Shown here in pieces: positions 31,924 through 32,462 of a stretch of DNA of 32,462 bases. Under the pieces are notes generated by a model, which was not told the origin of the DNA, ran no database searches, and worked only from the letters and a program-made list of their open reading frames with translations. The stretch's first letter is position 1, and each line of letters begins with the position of its first letter. The stretch lies in UHGV virus genome UHGV-0221239; one strand, written 5' to 3'. The translations under genes were made by a program, and so were the position numbers. Source of the DNA: a virus.

Positions 31924-32142
31924 CTTTGCTTAACCTTAGCGTAAACCGTTCCGTTCAGAATGCTGTATTTCTGAAAAAACGTGATGCTCTCATCGTCCAC
32001 ACCAATCTACGACTGAACATACCACTTATACTTAAGGATAAATGGGATGAGAGTGAAATACTGGAGCGAGGTAAAAAGTTGGGGGAAATTGCATTGAAAG
32101 TATGGCCAAAATACGATTAATGCAATTAATAAAATGATTATA

Positions 32143-32166
32143 GCGGCCTTACATTAGTAAGGCCGC
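32143..32166. other. Perfect 9-bp-stem palindrome (gcggcctta-cattag-taaggccgc)
   Basis: Seen directly; overlaps the stop codon of the minus-strand ORF 32154-32426; no adjacent T-run on either strand. Confidence 0.5.
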
Positions 32167-32426
32167 AACTCACTATTAAATCCTTTAATTTGCATCAAGA
32201 ACAGCACTGTCAGCCCTAGGCTCTCGGACTTTGTACCGCTTATCTTGTCTTCAAAAATCAGCTCGCATCCTGCACAGTTCAACGCATTACGTTGTAGATC
32301 TGTGTTCTGGTCATTTATTGATACGCTCGCTTGTTGCCGTTTCCTTACCAGTAGCTGTTCAGGGGTAAGATCGGTTCCAGACAGAACAATTTGGTTCATT
32401 ACCGTAGCATCTGAATTTGTCACCAT
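32154..32426 (-). pseudogene. Chimeric ORF: unrelated N-terminus + repeat-encoded invertase residues 8-34 + ISGTKSE..., then loss of invertase similarity
   Basis: MVTNSDATVMNQIVLSGTDLTPEQLLVRKRQQAS-VSINDQNTDLQRNALNCAGCELIFEDK-ISGTKSESLGLTVLFLMQIKGFNSELRPY*; invertases continue ...RPGLKRAL..., so the gene is degenerate after about residue 45. Confidence 0.5.
32245..32326. repeat. Inverted repeat gamma, copy 2
   Basis: Reverse complement of 31835-31916; boundaries cross-checked against codon positions of ORF 32154-32426. Confidence 0.9.
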
Positions 32427-32462
32427 ATGACCATTTTCGAGAGGCCAACAGGAATACCAACT

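Noticed and set aside
31926-32120. 64-aa plus-strand ORF inside the segment bracketed by the gamma repeats
   Set aside because: TTG start, no Shine-Dalgarno, AT-rich and no recognisable features; probably non-coding.

Overview
The window reads as a lambdoid prophage late region, probably from Escherichia coli or a close relative, transcribed almost entirely on the minus strand, joined to a rearranged immunity and tail-fibre inversion module at the right end. All calls rest on reading the six-frame ORF track and the sequence by eye, with family names from recalled protein similarity; no database search or alignment was run. From left to right: the start of a side tail fibre gene (stf) and lom; a complete lambda-type tail and head gene set (J, I, K, L, M, H, G/G-T with its slippery site, V, U, Z, FII, FI, E, D, C, B, W, A, Nu1); an intact lambda-type cos site (20020-20031); a small accessory region (RHH protein, 136-aa protein, T5orf172/GIY-YIG-like protein); a phage-21-type lysis cassette (Rz/Rz1, SAR endolysin, pinholin); an intact OmpC/NmpC/Lc-family porin gene with a structured 3' UTR; a Q-like antiterminator; and yfdQ-like and yfdP-like genes. 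The right end (27.5-32.4 kb) holds a CI-like repressor and Cro-like gene with palindromic operators, then a tail-fibre / tail-fibre-assembly module and only the first 35 codons of a Gin/Pin/Hin-family DNA invertase. The most unusual signal is that three separate loci (Q/yfdQ, tail fibre, invertase) each contain long perfect inverted repeats (32-82 bp) bracketing a 280-380 bp segment placed exactly at gene junctions, so that genes are split across the repeats. This could be an inversion-based switch, a rearrangement scar or an assembly artefact; the sequence alone cannot decide.
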